Virus record (IMG/VR): IMGVR_UViG_3300044675_001548
Span: 54,229 to 118,228 of that record
Source of the DNA: a virus
Length of the DNA: 64,000 nt
Strand: one strand, 5' to 3'
Position numbers and translations under genes: made by a program. How positions within the stretch are numbered: position 1 is the stretch's first letter; each line of letters begins with the position of its first letter. The notes under the pieces were generated by a model. The model saw only the letters and a list, made by a program, of their open reading frames with translations, was not told the origin of the DNA and did no database searches. Below are positions 8,684-18,329 of the stretch, piece by piece.

Positions 8684-9270
8684 TGACAGATATATTTACA
8701 AGGTTGATCCAAGAAGGATTAACACCCAATACTTACTATGTTTTACATTGTATAAGAGAGAAAATTGTTCCACATAAATCTGTCAACAAAGAATTAGAAT
8801 GCAAAAGACTGCAAACGGATCAATGGTTGACAGAAAGTTTGGAATTAACAAGCAAAAGTCTTATCTTTATGGAAGAAATTAATGGTTACTTTAAGAGAAC
8901 CAAGAAGAAAACTTCACAAGATTTAATGGGGCAAGACTTTGTAAGAAATATAGAGAAATATGTAGAAATATTTCCTAACATAAAACTCCCATCTGGTAAA
9001 TATGCTAGAGTAAATGCTAAGAATCTTGAAGCACCATTTAGATGGTTCTTTGAGACCTTTAATTACAATTGGGAGGAGGTAATTAAAGCCACAGAAAGAT
9101 ATGTTGATGAATTCAGTGTAAGAAGATATGATTTTATGAGAAACTCACAATACTTTATCAGGAAACAGGATCCAGATAAATCTTTTGAATCTGATTTGGC
9201 AACATACTGTGAGATAATCAGAAGTGGTGGTAATGAAGAACAAGTATATTTTAGTGAGAGAGTAGTATGA
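8683..9270 (+). CDS. Hypothetical replication protein (possible initiator or helicase loader)
   Basis: Lies just upstream of the DnaB-like helicase; N-terminal winged-helix-like pattern; function inferred from context only. Confidence 0.45.
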   Translation: MTDIFTRLIQEGLTPNTYYVLHCIREKIVPHKSVNKELECKRLQTDQWLTESLELTSKSLIFMEEINGYFKRTKKKTSQDLMGQDFVRNIEKYVEIFPNIKLPSGKYARVNAKNLEAPFRWFFETFNYNWEEVIKATERYVDEFSVRRYDFMRNSQYFIRKQDPDKSFESDLATYCEIIRSGGNEEQVYFSERVV

Positions 9271-9443
9271 TAAATCTAAAACTGACTATGATTGCTGTGG
9301 TGGGGTCTTTATTTTGCTTTACTGTTATAGACTACTTTATTGTAAGTATGAGTTTCTGGCAGTATTTGATAATTGAAGTAATCATGGCAGTTGTACATAG
9401 TTTTTATAACTATGTTAAAAACAAATATTTAACTAACACATAA
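9267..9443 (+). CDS. 58-aa two-TM membrane protein (below ORF-track cutoff)
   Basis: MINLKLTMIAVVGSLFCFTVIDYFIVSMSFWQYLIIEVIMAVVHSFYNYVKNKYLTNT*; ATGA overlap upstream, 4 nt gap to the helicase. Confidence 0.6.
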   Translation: MINLKLTMIAVVGSLFCFTVIDYFIVSMSFWQYLIIEVIMAVVHSFYNYVKNKYLTNT

Positions 9444-9447
9444 ACAT

Positions 9448-10473
9448 ATGGCAGAATTATTTAATGGTGCACAGCCACTACAACCTGTAAGTGAAAGAGA
9501 TGCTTTATACAAAGCATTAGCAAAAATGGCGGCTAGAAGCCGGGGGGATATAAAATCTTTAAGAAGTGCCTGGCCCAAATTTAATGATGCCTTTTGTGAT
9601 GGATTAGAATGGAGAACTATCACCGTAGTTGGTGCTAGACCTGGTACAGGTAAAACTTTATTCATGGAACAATTGATTAGTGACATTATTGAGATGAACA
9701 GAGATCAAAGATTCCGTGTATTAAAGTTTCAAATGGAAATGGTTGATGAGACCAGTGGTATAAGAAAGTTTAGTCTGAATACAGGTGCTGATTACAACAC
9801 CCTGATGAGTAAGGGTAAGAAGATTGATAAAACTCTTTATGCAAAATGCAAGGATTATTATGATAATACAGCTCACAAGGATATAATAGATGTAATCTAT
9901 GATGCTTGTACTGTAGATGAAATGTGTGCTACTATTCATTACCAAATGCAAAAGTATTCTAAGTTGACTGTGGATGCAGATGGTAATCAGAAAAGAGAGT
10001 ACACTAATATGCTTGTTGCAATAGATCACTCAGCTTTATTTAAAAATGGTAAGGGACAAAGAGATAAATTTGAAATGTTAGGAGCTTTAGGTGAAGCACT
10101 CACCATGTTAAAGAAAAAGTATCCGGTAGCTTTTGTAGTCCTTAGCCAGTTAAATAGAAACATAGATGATCCAAAGAGAGCAGTGGATGGTGATTATGGT
10201 AATTATGTATTGGACTCAGATATTTATGGGTCAGATGCATTATTACAACATGCAGACGTTGTGCTGGGTATAAACAAACCTTCTCTGAGAAAAATAAGAC
10301 AGTATGGACCAGACAGATATATCATAAATGATGAGGATATATTAGCTTTTCACTTTTTGAAATCTAGAAATGGTACCACAAGGATAAGTTTCTTTAAACT
10401 TGACAGAGAGGTGATGAGAATAGTAGAGATACCTACTCCAGCATGTGCAACTAAAAAAGTATCAACACAGTAA
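9448..10473 (+). CDS. DnaB-like (SF4) replicative helicase
   Basis: GARPGTGKT, FQMEM, AIDH, LSQLNR, GSDALLQHAD, KSRNG. Confidence 0.92.
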   Translation: MAELFNGAQPLQPVSERDALYKALAKMAARSRGDIKSLRSAWPKFNDAFCDGLEWRTITVVGARPGTGKTLFMEQLISDIIEMNRDQRFRVLKFQMEMVDETSGIRKFSLNTGADYNTLMSKGKKIDKTLYAKCKDYYDNTAHKDIIDVIYDACTVDEMCATIHYQMQKYSKLTVDADGNQKREYTNMLVAIDHSALFKNGKGQRDKFEMLGALGEALTMLKKKYPVAFVVLSQLNRNIDDPKRAVDGDYGNYVLDSDIYGSDALLQHADVVLGINKPSLRKIRQYGPDRYIINDEDILAFHFLKSRNGTTRISFFKLDREVMRIVEIPTPACATKKVSTQ

Positions 10474-10482
10474 ATTTTAAGT

Positions 10483-11139
10483 ATGAATATAAGAAAAGAA
10501 AGAGAAAAAGAGTTCTTTGTAGAACACATGGAGACTTTTAAAAAGCTGGGTCTGTCAGATCCGTTTTTTATAATTAAAACTGCATTCTTCCAGAAAGGTA
10601 AATTTGGTAGACAAGTACAGTTATTTGAGTCTGAAATCAGTAAAGGTGAAGATGTCTATATTGAATTTTATGACAATGTAACTGATGATAAAGGTACTGT
10701 AACTGATGTAACCCCATTCAATGAGGACAGGCAGTTGTTTAAGTACAAAGCTAATCCATTCTATGCTGAGGAGTATGAAACAAAAGAGGGTACAAACTTT
10801 AAAGGTGAGCCTTATGTTCTTTATACTGTTCCTACATCTGAATTGGTAGCAGTTCTTGAAGATGGTACTGAGATAACTTATGCTCTTTATGAAAAGAGAA
10901 AGGAAGAGAACAAGAAAGAAGATTCTTTACCTAAGTTACAGAAAAGCTTGTCATTGTTTCCTGATTTTGAAGATGAGTTTGGTTCCGCTAAGGAAATAGA
11001 ATTAAGCAGTCAGCTTGATAAAGATGTACCATTGTCAGAGATTACTATAAGAGATCTTGCAGCTATCATGTTAATGAAGCCTGTAAGTAATAGACCATGG
11101 TTGAATGATCTGATTAAACAAACAAAAAGTGAAATATGA
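10483..11139 (+). CDS. Hypothetical replication-module protein
   Basis: ORF track; lies between helicase and AAA_24 ATPase. Confidence 0.7.
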   Translation: MNIRKEREKEFFVEHMETFKKLGLSDPFFIIKTAFFQKGKFGRQVQLFESEISKGEDVYIEFYDNVTDDKGTVTDVTPFNEDRQLFKYKANPFYAEEYETKEGTNFKGEPYVLYTVPTSELVAVLEDGTEITYALYEKRKEENKKEDSLPKLQKSLSLFPDFEDEFGSAKEIELSSQLDKDVPLSEITIRDLAAIMLMKPVSNRPWLNDLIKQTKSEI

Positions 11140-11858
11140 GTATAGTACTTCCTACTAAAAAGGTTAAGGCTGAAAGACAGAATCCAAAAAGAATGATTAT
11201 TTATTCCAAGCCTAAGACTGGTAAGACAACAGCCTATGCTGGTCTTGATGACAATTTAATCCTAGATTTGGAGAGTGGTTCTGATTATGTTGAAGCTCTG
11301 AAGATTAAAGTGAATACTTTGCAAGAGTTGCTAGATGCTGGTAAAGCTATCAAAGCAGCTGGTAATCCTTATAAGTATGTTACTGTAGATACTGTAACTG
11401 CATTAGAGGATATGATACAACCTCTTGCAATAAAACTTTACCGTCAGACACCAATGGGTAAAAACTATGATGGAGACAATGTAACTACACTACCAAATGG
11501 TGCTGGTTATTTATATATCCGTCAAGCATTCTTCCAAGTTTTAGATTTTATTGATACCTTAGCTCCCCACATTATTTTATCTGGTCATATTAAAGACAAG
11601 GTAGTTGATGATAAAGGTGAGATGGTTATGTCTGCTAACATAGACTTAACTGGTAAAATAAAGTCTTTGATTTGTGCTAATGCTGATGCTATTGGGTACA
11701 TGTACAGAAAAGGAAATAAAACTATTCTGAGCTTTAAGACTAATGAAGAAGTTACTTGTGGTGCAAGACCAGAACATCTCCGTAATGAAGAGATAGTAGT
11801 AACTGAGATGAATGAAAAAGGTGAATTGCAGTTTCACTGGGATAAAATTTATGTATAA
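11136..11858 (+). CDS. AAA_24/Sak4-like ATPase (recombination)
   Basis: IIYSKPKTGKTT, ILDLESGS, VTVDTVTALED, IILSGH, ADAIGY. Confidence 0.8.
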   Translation: MSIVLPTKKVKAERQNPKRMIIYSKPKTGKTTAYAGLDDNLILDLESGSDYVEALKIKVNTLQELLDAGKAIKAAGNPYKYVTVDTVTALEDMIQPLAIKLYRQTPMGKNYDGDNVTTLPNGAGYLYIRQAFFQVLDFIDTLAPHIILSGHIKDKVVDDKGEMVMSANIDLTGKIKSLICANADAIGYMYRKGNKTILSFKTNEEVTCGARPEHLRNEEIVVTEMNEKGELQFHWDKIYV

Positions 11859-11881
11859 TAACAAATAAAAAATAAAAAACA

Positions 11882-12565
11882 ATGGGATTAAGTACAACTG
11901 ACTTAGGAACTGGTGGCAGTGGGCTACCTAAAACAATTTCTCCAGGAAATCATGTGTTAAAGATTAACTATGTGGAGCTAGAAGATTTTAAATTCATTGA
12001 TAATGCAAAACATTTGCTTTTGCATGTGGAAACACAACCTATTGATGGTTTTGAAGGCTTCATGCTTGACAAAGATGATGAAAGCAAAGGTAGATATGCT
12101 GGTCAGATTGGTAAAGTTAAAGCTAGCCAATATGCATATGCAGATGGTGTAACTAAAACAGGTATTAAGATTCAGAGAGATAGATCTATCTTGATTTTTC
12201 TACAAAGCTTGTGTAAAACTGCAGGAATCAATGAGTGGTTTACTGAACAAGATGGTAAGCATGACACTATTGAAGACTTTGTAGAAGCATTTAATGCTAC
12301 TGCACCTATCAAAGATAAGTTTCTTGAGTTCTGTATTGCTGGTAGAGAATATGAAGGTAAGACAGGTTATACAAACTATGATATGTGGTTGCCAAAAGGA
12401 GAAAATAAAAAGTATGCTTATGGTGAGGTAGAGGAAGGAAAAGTTATTACTTTTGATGAATCCAAACATTTGAAAAAATTAGAGACAAAAGAAGTAAAAA
12501 GCTTTGGAGAGGATGATGACTTCACACCTCCATCTAAAACATCTTCTGACTTCAGCCTAGACTAA
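11882..12565 (+). CDS. Putative single-stranded DNA-binding protein
   Basis: Follows the Sak4-like ATPase; beta-rich core with acidic aromatic C-tail (GEDDDF...DFSLD). Confidence 0.55.
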   Translation: MGLSTTDLGTGGSGLPKTISPGNHVLKINYVELEDFKFIDNAKHLLLHVETQPIDGFEGFMLDKDDESKGRYAGQIGKVKASQYAYADGVTKTGIKIQRDRSILIFLQSLCKTAGINEWFTEQDGKHDTIEDFVEAFNATAPIKDKFLEFCIAGREYEGKTGYTNYDMWLPKGENKKYAYGEVEEGKVITFDESKHLKKLETKEVKSFGEDDDFTPPSKTSSDFSLD

Positions 12566-12573
12566 TAAGTTAT

Positions 12574-12609
12574 AGGGGGAGTTAGAAATGGCTTCCCCTT
12601 AATTTTTAA
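12574..12609 (+). terminator. Putative intrinsic terminator hairpin
   Basis: AGGGGGAGTTA-GAAA-TGGCTTCCCCT followed by TAATTTTT. Confidence 0.6.
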
Positions 12610-12619
12610 ACTAGGTAGT

Positions 12620-13603
12620 ATGATTTCAACAAAGAATTTAATTACTGATTTAGAACAAGTCCCCAGAGAATGGGTCTTTGAATATTATCTTAACCTAAAG
12701 GAAAAACTAACAGGTCAAGATGTAAAAATGTTATCTGCATTTAATGCCAAGGACAAAGTTCCATCCATGTTTGTTTATTTTGATGTAGCCTCTGGATTCT
12801 ATAAATTCAAGGACTTTTCATCTGGTTATCAGGGAGATAGCATTGAGTTGGTAAAGTATTTGTTTAACATGTCTACAAGAGGACAAGCTACAAACAAAAT
12901 ACTTCTTGAGTATCAACAGTATCTTAAAGATAACACTACATATACTCCTGAGGCTGCTATGTTTCATGATAAGTATAGAGTAGTAGATTATGAGATGAGA
13001 CACTGGAATAACTTTGATCAGACTTATTGGATGGGTTTTAAGATTGGGTCTGGAATGCTTGATAGATATAATGTAGTTCCTCTGGCTTTCTTTACTATGA
13101 GCAAAACTGAACAAGATGGTAGTATAACTTCACATACATTTAGAAAGTCCCATACTTATGGATATTTTAGAAATGATGGTAGCTTGTATAAGATATATAT
13201 GCCAAAGAGTACTCAGAAGAAGTTTATCAAGGTAGAAAACTATATTCAGGGCACAGATCAGTTGAGATATGATTGCAAGTATCTTATCATCACATCTTCA
13301 CTTAAGGATCTTATGGCTTTCAACAAATTAGGTATTAGTAATATTGAGGCTATAGCACCAGACAGTGAGAATACTATGATAGGAGAAAAGGCTATTGGAG
13401 AACTAAAACTTAAGTATCATAAAATAGTTGTGTTGTTTGACAATGATGAGCCTGGGATTAAAGCTGCTCAAAGATATTCTGATATGTATGGATTTAGCTA
13501 TATACTGCTACCAATGGAGAAAGATCTTTCTGACTCAGTTAAAGTACATGGTATAGATAAAGTAAGAGAAGTATTATTTCCATTATTAAAACAAGCATTA
13601 TGA
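12620..13603 (+). CDS. DnaG-like DNA primase (Toprim)
   Basis: YKFKDFSSG, SSLKD, VVLFDNDEPG (DxD), EKDLSD. Confidence 0.85.
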   Translation: MISTKNLITDLEQVPREWVFEYYLNLKEKLTGQDVKMLSAFNAKDKVPSMFVYFDVASGFYKFKDFSSGYQGDSIELVKYLFNMSTRGQATNKILLEYQQYLKDNTTYTPEAAMFHDKYRVVDYEMRHWNNFDQTYWMGFKIGSGMLDRYNVVPLAFFTMSKTEQDGSITSHTFRKSHTYGYFRNDGSLYKIYMPKSTQKKFIKVENYIQGTDQLRYDCKYLIITSSLKDLMAFNKLGISNIEAIAPDSENTMIGEKAIGELKLKYHKIVVLFDNDEPGIKAAQRYSDMYGFSYILLPMEKDLSDSVKVHGIDKVREVLFPLLKQAL

Positions 13604-14025
13604 GTTGGATATATCAAGGTAAAGAGTTTACTAACAGTATGATTCCTGAAGGAGCTGTGGGATTTGTGTATGAGATGGAAGCCATTATTGATGGTAAGTC
13701 TGTAAGGTATGTGGGTAAGAAGAATTTTTACTCTACTACAAAGAAGAAGTTTGGTAAAAGAGCTGTTGCTCAGATGACTGATAAAAGAAACAAGAAATAT
13801 GAGACTGTTTCTAAAGCTAGTTACCAGAACTACTATAGTAGTAATGCAGTTCTTAAAGAAGCTCACAAAGCTGGTATACCAATCAAAAGGTATATGGTCA
13901 AGATATGTTTTTCTAAAATGGAACTTACATATTTTGAGACTAAGTATCAATTTTTGAGAGAGGTTCTTGAAAAAGAAGAGTACTTGAATGGAAACATTCT
14001 AGGTAGGTTTTATAAAATCAAATAA
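13600..14025 (+). CDS. GIY-YIG-family endonuclease
   Basis: GFVYEM...RYVGKK motif pair with downstream conserved E (ELTYFETKYQ) and N (YLNGNI). Confidence 0.7.
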   Translation: MSWIYQGKEFTNSMIPEGAVGFVYEMEAIIDGKSVRYVGKKNFYSTTKKKFGKRAVAQMTDKRNKKYETVSKASYQNYYSSNAVLKEAHKAGIPIKRYMVKICFSKMELTYFETKYQFLREVLEKEEYLNGNILGRFYKIK

Positions 14026-14026
14026 T

Positions 14027-14218
14027 ATGAGTAATGACAGGCACATCTGGGAAGGTTGGACTGTACAAGATTTTATCAATGAGTTGGAAATAACATTTCC
14101 GTACCAAAAATTTACTACAAAGGAAGAAGTTAAAAACTGGTGTAAGTCTGAACAGCCTTATTATAAGAAACACATTCCTGAAGTAGCAAAACATTTTATT
14201 CAAAAAGCAGGATTATGA
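14027..14218 (+). CDS. Hypothetical protein
   Basis: ORF track. Confidence 0.65.
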   Translation: MSNDRHIWEGWTVQDFINELEITFPYQKFTTKEEVKNWCKSEQPYYKKHIPEVAKHFIQKAGL

Positions 14219-14622
14219 CAGAATTAGAATTAACAAGCCTCCTATTTAGGTTGGCTGACTATGGTATTACAGGTGTTAAAGTAAAATATGATGGTGGAGG
14301 AGACTCAGGTGCCATAGAATGGATAGGTTATACAAAAAAACCTTGTGAAACTCCAGAAGATGTAAATGATAATATAGAAGATTGGGAAAATGATTGGTTA
14401 TTAGCAAAAATTTCTGCAGATGCCCATAATGCAATTGAAGAATTTGCTCAAGAAAAACTTCTTGATGACATAGAAGACTGGTGGAATAATGAAGGTGGTT
14501 GGGGAGAGTTATGTATTTGTGTTCCTTCAGGTAAGTATATTATTAATAATAATATTAGAATTACTGACCATGAGACTCATTTTCATGATGGTAGTATTCT
14601 AGATAAAGCAGAAGAAGACTAA
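14215..14622 (+). CDS. DUF6878-like protein
   Basis: GITGVKVKYDGGGDSGAIEWI...WWNNEGGWG matches the family pattern as I recall it. Confidence 0.65.
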   Translation: MTELELTSLLFRLADYGITGVKVKYDGGGDSGAIEWIGYTKKPCETPEDVNDNIEDWENDWLLAKISADAHNAIEEFAQEKLLDDIEDWWNNEGGWGELCICVPSGKYIINNNIRITDHETHFHDGSILDKAEED

Positions 14623-14801
14623 TGGAAGATTTTGAAAGATGGTTAATAGATGAGTTGGAGACTCAAACATTAACAGATGAACTAAAAGATGAAATACTTG
14701 AAAGGGTAAGAGAATTGTATGATGATGCTCAGAGTGAGGGATATAGTGAAGGTACTAATCAGGTTAGAGATGAGCTTATTGAGTTATTAAACAAAATGTA
14801 A
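14622..14801 (+). CDS. 59-aa acidic helical protein (below ORF-track cutoff)
   Basis: MEDFERWLIDELETQ...ELLNKM*; TAATG overlaps at both ends. Confidence 0.7.
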   Translation: MEDFERWLIDELETQTLTDELKDEILERVRELYDDAQSEGYSEGTNQVRDELIELLNKM

Positions 14802-15148
14802 TGGCACATCCTTGGCAACATGCAAAATCATCAGCTAAGAAGTTTGGTGGTTCTCCTGTGGATTACCTAGCAATACATAACTGGTTTGATGAAACTAAGG
14901 CCTGGGTAGGTCATAGTATGCACAGAATGTTTAGACATCATAGTGAAGGTATATTTGAATGTGAGCAAAGATTTGGTATGGTGATTACCAACTCTGATGG
15001 CAAAGATGTATATGTAAGATATGTTGGTGAGCAGCATGTCAAGGAAGATTGCAATAATTATATCCCTACTGCAAAAGAATGGGTGGATATGATTGAATCT
15101 GGTAAACCACATATGTGGGCAATAAAAACTTTAAAAATTGAAGACTAA
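14801..15148 (+). CDS. DUF6915-like His-rich protein
   Basis: MAHPWQHAKSS...IHNWFDETK...HRMFRHHSEGIF...GEQHVKED. Confidence 0.7.
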   Translation: MAHPWQHAKSSAKKFGGSPVDYLAIHNWFDETKAWVGHSMHRMFRHHSEGIFECEQRFGMVITNSDGKDVYVRYVGEQHVKEDCNNYIPTAKEWVDMIESGKPHMWAIKTLKIED

Positions 15149-15477
15149 TGGAAGAAGTAAAGGCAATTAAACTAGAAAATGAAAAAATTAAAGTGGTTTT
15201 TACAAATGAAGCTGATTCAAATGAATCAGACTTAGTAATGACACTTACTATAACTAGAGATGGAGAAAAGAAAATAACCTCAGTAAGTATAGATCCTTCT
15301 GTACTTAGTAGAGAAGCATCATTTATGGGTGAAATGTATATGAAAACTGTTGATGTTTTGTTTGCTGTGAAAAAAATATTTGATGCAGGTGAGACATATG
15401 AGGGATTACATGTATTAACTAGAGCAGAGTATAAAGAGTATGTAACAAAAGTTTTAGGTTATAAAATTGAAGACTGA
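15148..15477 (+). CDS. Hypothetical protein flanked by near-identical junction sequences
   Basis: ORF track; AAAATTGAAGACTRATGG at both ends. Confidence 0.65.
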   Translation: MEEVKAIKLENEKIKVVFTNEADSNESDLVMTLTITRDGEKKITSVSIDPSVLSREASFMGEMYMKTVDVLFAVKKIFDAGETYEGLHVLTRAEYKEYVTKVLGYKIED

Positions 15478-15893
15478 TGGCAAAGATGATTTTTGACAAA
15501 GAAGAAACAAGGAACTTAATGATGATGTTGCAATCTGAGGATGCAGATAATCATCTTATAGCATTTGAATCCTTGAAGAATGTTGATTATAATAAGTATA
15601 TAGGAGAATTATTAGTGCTTTATAAGTATGGTGGACACAGTTTAAACAATTGGCAAGTTAACTGTAAAAAAGTAACTGATAAACTTGATAAGATTTTAGA
15701 TCAAGCTGTACTAAGCAGTCCTAGAACATTAAGTTTGATTACAAAACACAGAGGTTCTAAAGCTTCGGTTGAGCTATTTATGGAATTCTTTATTAGGGAT
15801 ATGTCAAGGATGTTAGAGTCTATTGGCTATCCTACTGACAAATTTGAAATAGATATTAAATTTAAAGATGATGGACAGACAACAGAGTCTTAG
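15477..15893 (+). CDS. Hypothetical protein with shared M-L-x-S-E-D-x-D-N motif
   Basis: ORF track; MMLQSEDADNHLIAF. Confidence 0.7.
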   Translation: MAKMIFDKEETRNLMMMLQSEDADNHLIAFESLKNVDYNKYIGELLVLYKYGGHSLNNWQVNCKKVTDKLDKILDQAVLSSPRTLSLITKHRGSKASVELFMEFFIRDMSRMLESIGYPTDKFEIDIKFKDDGQTTES

Positions 15894-17052
15894 TAAAATT
15901 GCAAAAGAGTTAATGCTGAAAGAGCCCTTCTACGGGTTCTTTCTTATTGCTCTAAACAAAGTCTGGGATGCTAAAAGAGTTCCTACAGCAGGTGTTAGTA
16001 AGAATAATATTAATTATCAACTTGCTATTAATCCTGAGTTCTGGGAATCTCTTAGTGATAACCACAGACTTGGTTTACTTAAACATGAATTGCTACATAT
16101 TGCATTTGGACATCTTACTACTTTCTTTAAGTTTAGTGATAAGAAACTTGCTAATGTAGCAATGGACATGGAAATCAATCAGTATATATCTAAAGACTGG
16201 CTACCGGAAGGTGGTATTGATATAGATAATTATGCTGACTTAAATCTTGATAGGAAAGCTGGTTGTAGATATTACTATGACAAGCTGAAACAACTACAGG
16301 ATGAGAAAAATCAGAAGGGTACTTGTGGTAATGAACCTATGGACAAGTTACTAGATGCTATGGCAAATGGTGAACTTGATGAACATGCTACCTGGGAGGA
16401 GTTTGAAGACATGACTGAGGCAGAACAGAAGTTAATTGATAAACAATTACAAAAGGTTCTTGGTGATGCTAAAGAACAAACTCTTAAGAAGAAAGGTAAT
16501 GTTCCTGGAGAAATTGAAGGAGTAATTATTATTGAAGAAGTTGTAAAGCCTAAGTTTAATTGGAGAGGTTATATCAGAAGATTTACAGGAGTAAGTACTA
16601 AGGTATTTACTAAGAAAATCAGGAGGAAAGAGAACCGCAGATTTGATGCTAATCCTGGTCTGAAGGTAAAAATGAGACAGCATATGTTGTTAGCTATTGA
16701 TACTTCAGGTTCAGTAAGTGATTCTGAGTTGCAGGAGTTTATGAGTGAAATCTACCATATTTACAAATGTGGTGTTGATATTACTGTAGTACAGTGTGAT
16801 ACTGTTATTAGATCTATTGAACCTTACAAAGGTAAGTTTGAAATGGCTGTGCAAGGTAGAGGTGGAACTGAGTTTGACCCTGTCCTAGAATATTTTAATG
16901 CCAACACTAAAAAATATACAAGCCTGGTGTATTTTACTGACGGTGAATGTGGTTATTCTGTAAAACCTAGAGGTAATACTCTATGGGTTTTGTCAGAAAG
17001 GTCTTATATGAATACAGAGTTACCAGGTAAAGTTATTAAATTAGAATTATAA
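15868..17052 (+). CDS. DUF2201-type zincin metallopeptidase plus VWA domain protein
   Basis: HELLH (HExxH) and NVAMDMEINQ in the N-half; MIDAS AIDTSGSVS, RGGT and FTDG in the C-half. Confidence 0.88.
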   Translation: MMDRQQSLSKIAKELMLKEPFYGFFLIALNKVWDAKRVPTAGVSKNNINYQLAINPEFWESLSDNHRLGLLKHELLHIAFGHLTTFFKFSDKKLANVAMDMEINQYISKDWLPEGGIDIDNYADLNLDRKAGCRYYYDKLKQLQDEKNQKGTCGNEPMDKLLDAMANGELDEHATWEEFEDMTEAEQKLIDKQLQKVLGDAKEQTLKKKGNVPGEIEGVIIIEEVVKPKFNWRGYIRRFTGVSTKVFTKKIRRKENRRFDANPGLKVKMRQHMLLAIDTSGSVSDSELQEFMSEIYHIYKCGVDITVVQCDTVIRSIEPYKGKFEMAVQGRGGTEFDPVLEYFNANTKKYTSLVYFTDGECGYSVKPRGNTLWVLSERSYMNTELPGKVIKLEL

Positions 17053-17064
17053 AAATTAAAGATT

Positions 17065-18234
17065 ATGAATCAAGTGCAATTGAATGTAAATGAGTTAAAG
17101 GATTTTATTAAACATATGGTTAAGAATAACCAACATATCCAAGCTGAAGGTAAAGTTCCTGTGGCAGTGAATATTGAGGGTGATGCTGGTTTGGGTAAAA
17201 CTTCTGCAATCATGCAGTTGGGTAAAGAATTGCAAATGGAAGTTGTAAAGCTGAATTTATCTCAGCTAGAAGAATTGGGTGACTTGGTTGGTTTTCCTGT
17301 AAAAGAATTTCAAATTGCAAATGCTGAAGGTCAGACAAGATGGATTAATGAGTCTCAGATATCTGCAGCAAGTGCTAAAGGTTATAAAGTTGTAGGTAAG
17401 AGAATGTCACATGCTGCTCCTGAATGGATTCAGGGTAAAGGAGAGGGTGGTTTCTTGATTCTTGATGATTATACCAGAGCTGATGCAAGATTCATGCAAG
17501 CAACTATGGAGATATTAGACAGACAAGAATATGTATCTTGGAAGCTACCAAAGAACTGGCATGTAATCTTGACTACTAATCCAGACAATGGTGATTATAA
17601 TGTTACTTCTCTTGACGTAGCTCAGAAGACTAGATTTATCTCTGTTGAGTTAAAATATGATTCTGATGTATGGGCTAAGTGGGCAGAGAAAGCAAACATA
17701 GATGGTAGATGTATTAACTTCATGTTGATGCACCCGGAATTGGTAACTCAAAGAGTTAATCCAAGAGCTATTACTACTTTCTTTAATGCTATTAGTTCTA
17801 TTGAGAAGTTTGAAGCAGACCTGCCTCTAATCCAAATGATTGGTGAAGGTTCTGTTGGTGTAGACTTTAGTTCAATGTTTACTATGTTTATTAATAATAA
17901 GCTAGATAGAATTATTTCTCCAGTAGACATCCTGACTAAAGATGAGCAGTATGTAATGAATAGCTTAACCAATGCTGTTGGTAAGGATGATGATTTCCGG
18001 GCTGACATCTCTAGTGTTATTGCTACCAGGGTGATTAACTATTCTCTTACTTTAGCTGACAAAGGTTCAGTAGGTAAACCAATCATTGACAGGATAGCTA
18101 AACTTACTACTGACTGTGAAGCATTTACTGATGACCTTAGATACTATATGGTCAAAGAGATTGTTAACGGTAATAAAGTTAAGTTCTCTCAGCTCATGAT
18201 GAATCAGGACGTGGTGAAGATGGCTGTCAAGTAA
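17065..18234 (+). CDS. MoxR-like AAA+ ATPase
   Basis: Walker A GDAGLGKT, Walker B LILDDY, sensor-1 TTNP, arginine finger KTRF, NPR sensor-2; adjacent to the VWA gene. Confidence 0.85.
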   Translation: MNQVQLNVNELKDFIKHMVKNNQHIQAEGKVPVAVNIEGDAGLGKTSAIMQLGKELQMEVVKLNLSQLEELGDLVGFPVKEFQIANAEGQTRWINESQISAASAKGYKVVGKRMSHAAPEWIQGKGEGGFLILDDYTRADARFMQATMEILDRQEYVSWKLPKNWHVILTTNPDNGDYNVTSLDVAQKTRFISVELKYDSDVWAKWAEKANIDGRCINFMLMHPELVTQRVNPRAITTFFNAISSIEKFEADLPLIQMIGEGSVGVDFSSMFTMFINNKLDRIISPVDILTKDEQYVMNSLTNAVGKDDDFRADISSVIATRVINYSLTLADKGSVGKPIIDRIAKLTTDCEAFTDDLRYYMVKEIVNGNKVKFSQLMMNQDVVKMAVK

Positions 18235-18248
18235 AGCAAACATCAAGC

Positions 18249-18314
18249 AGTTCCCCACCAAAAGGAACTTAAAATTTAATTAAAACAAACATAGGGGGAG
18301 ATAAAACTCCCCTT
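18249..18314 (+). terminator. Two tandem hairpins after the AAA+ gene (possible terminator or RNA processing site)
   Basis: AGTTCC/GGAACT (18249-18269) and AGGGGGAG-ATAAAA-CTCCCCT (18293-18313); weak U tract. Confidence 0.45.
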
Positions 18315-18329
18315 ATTAAACTTAAAAGA

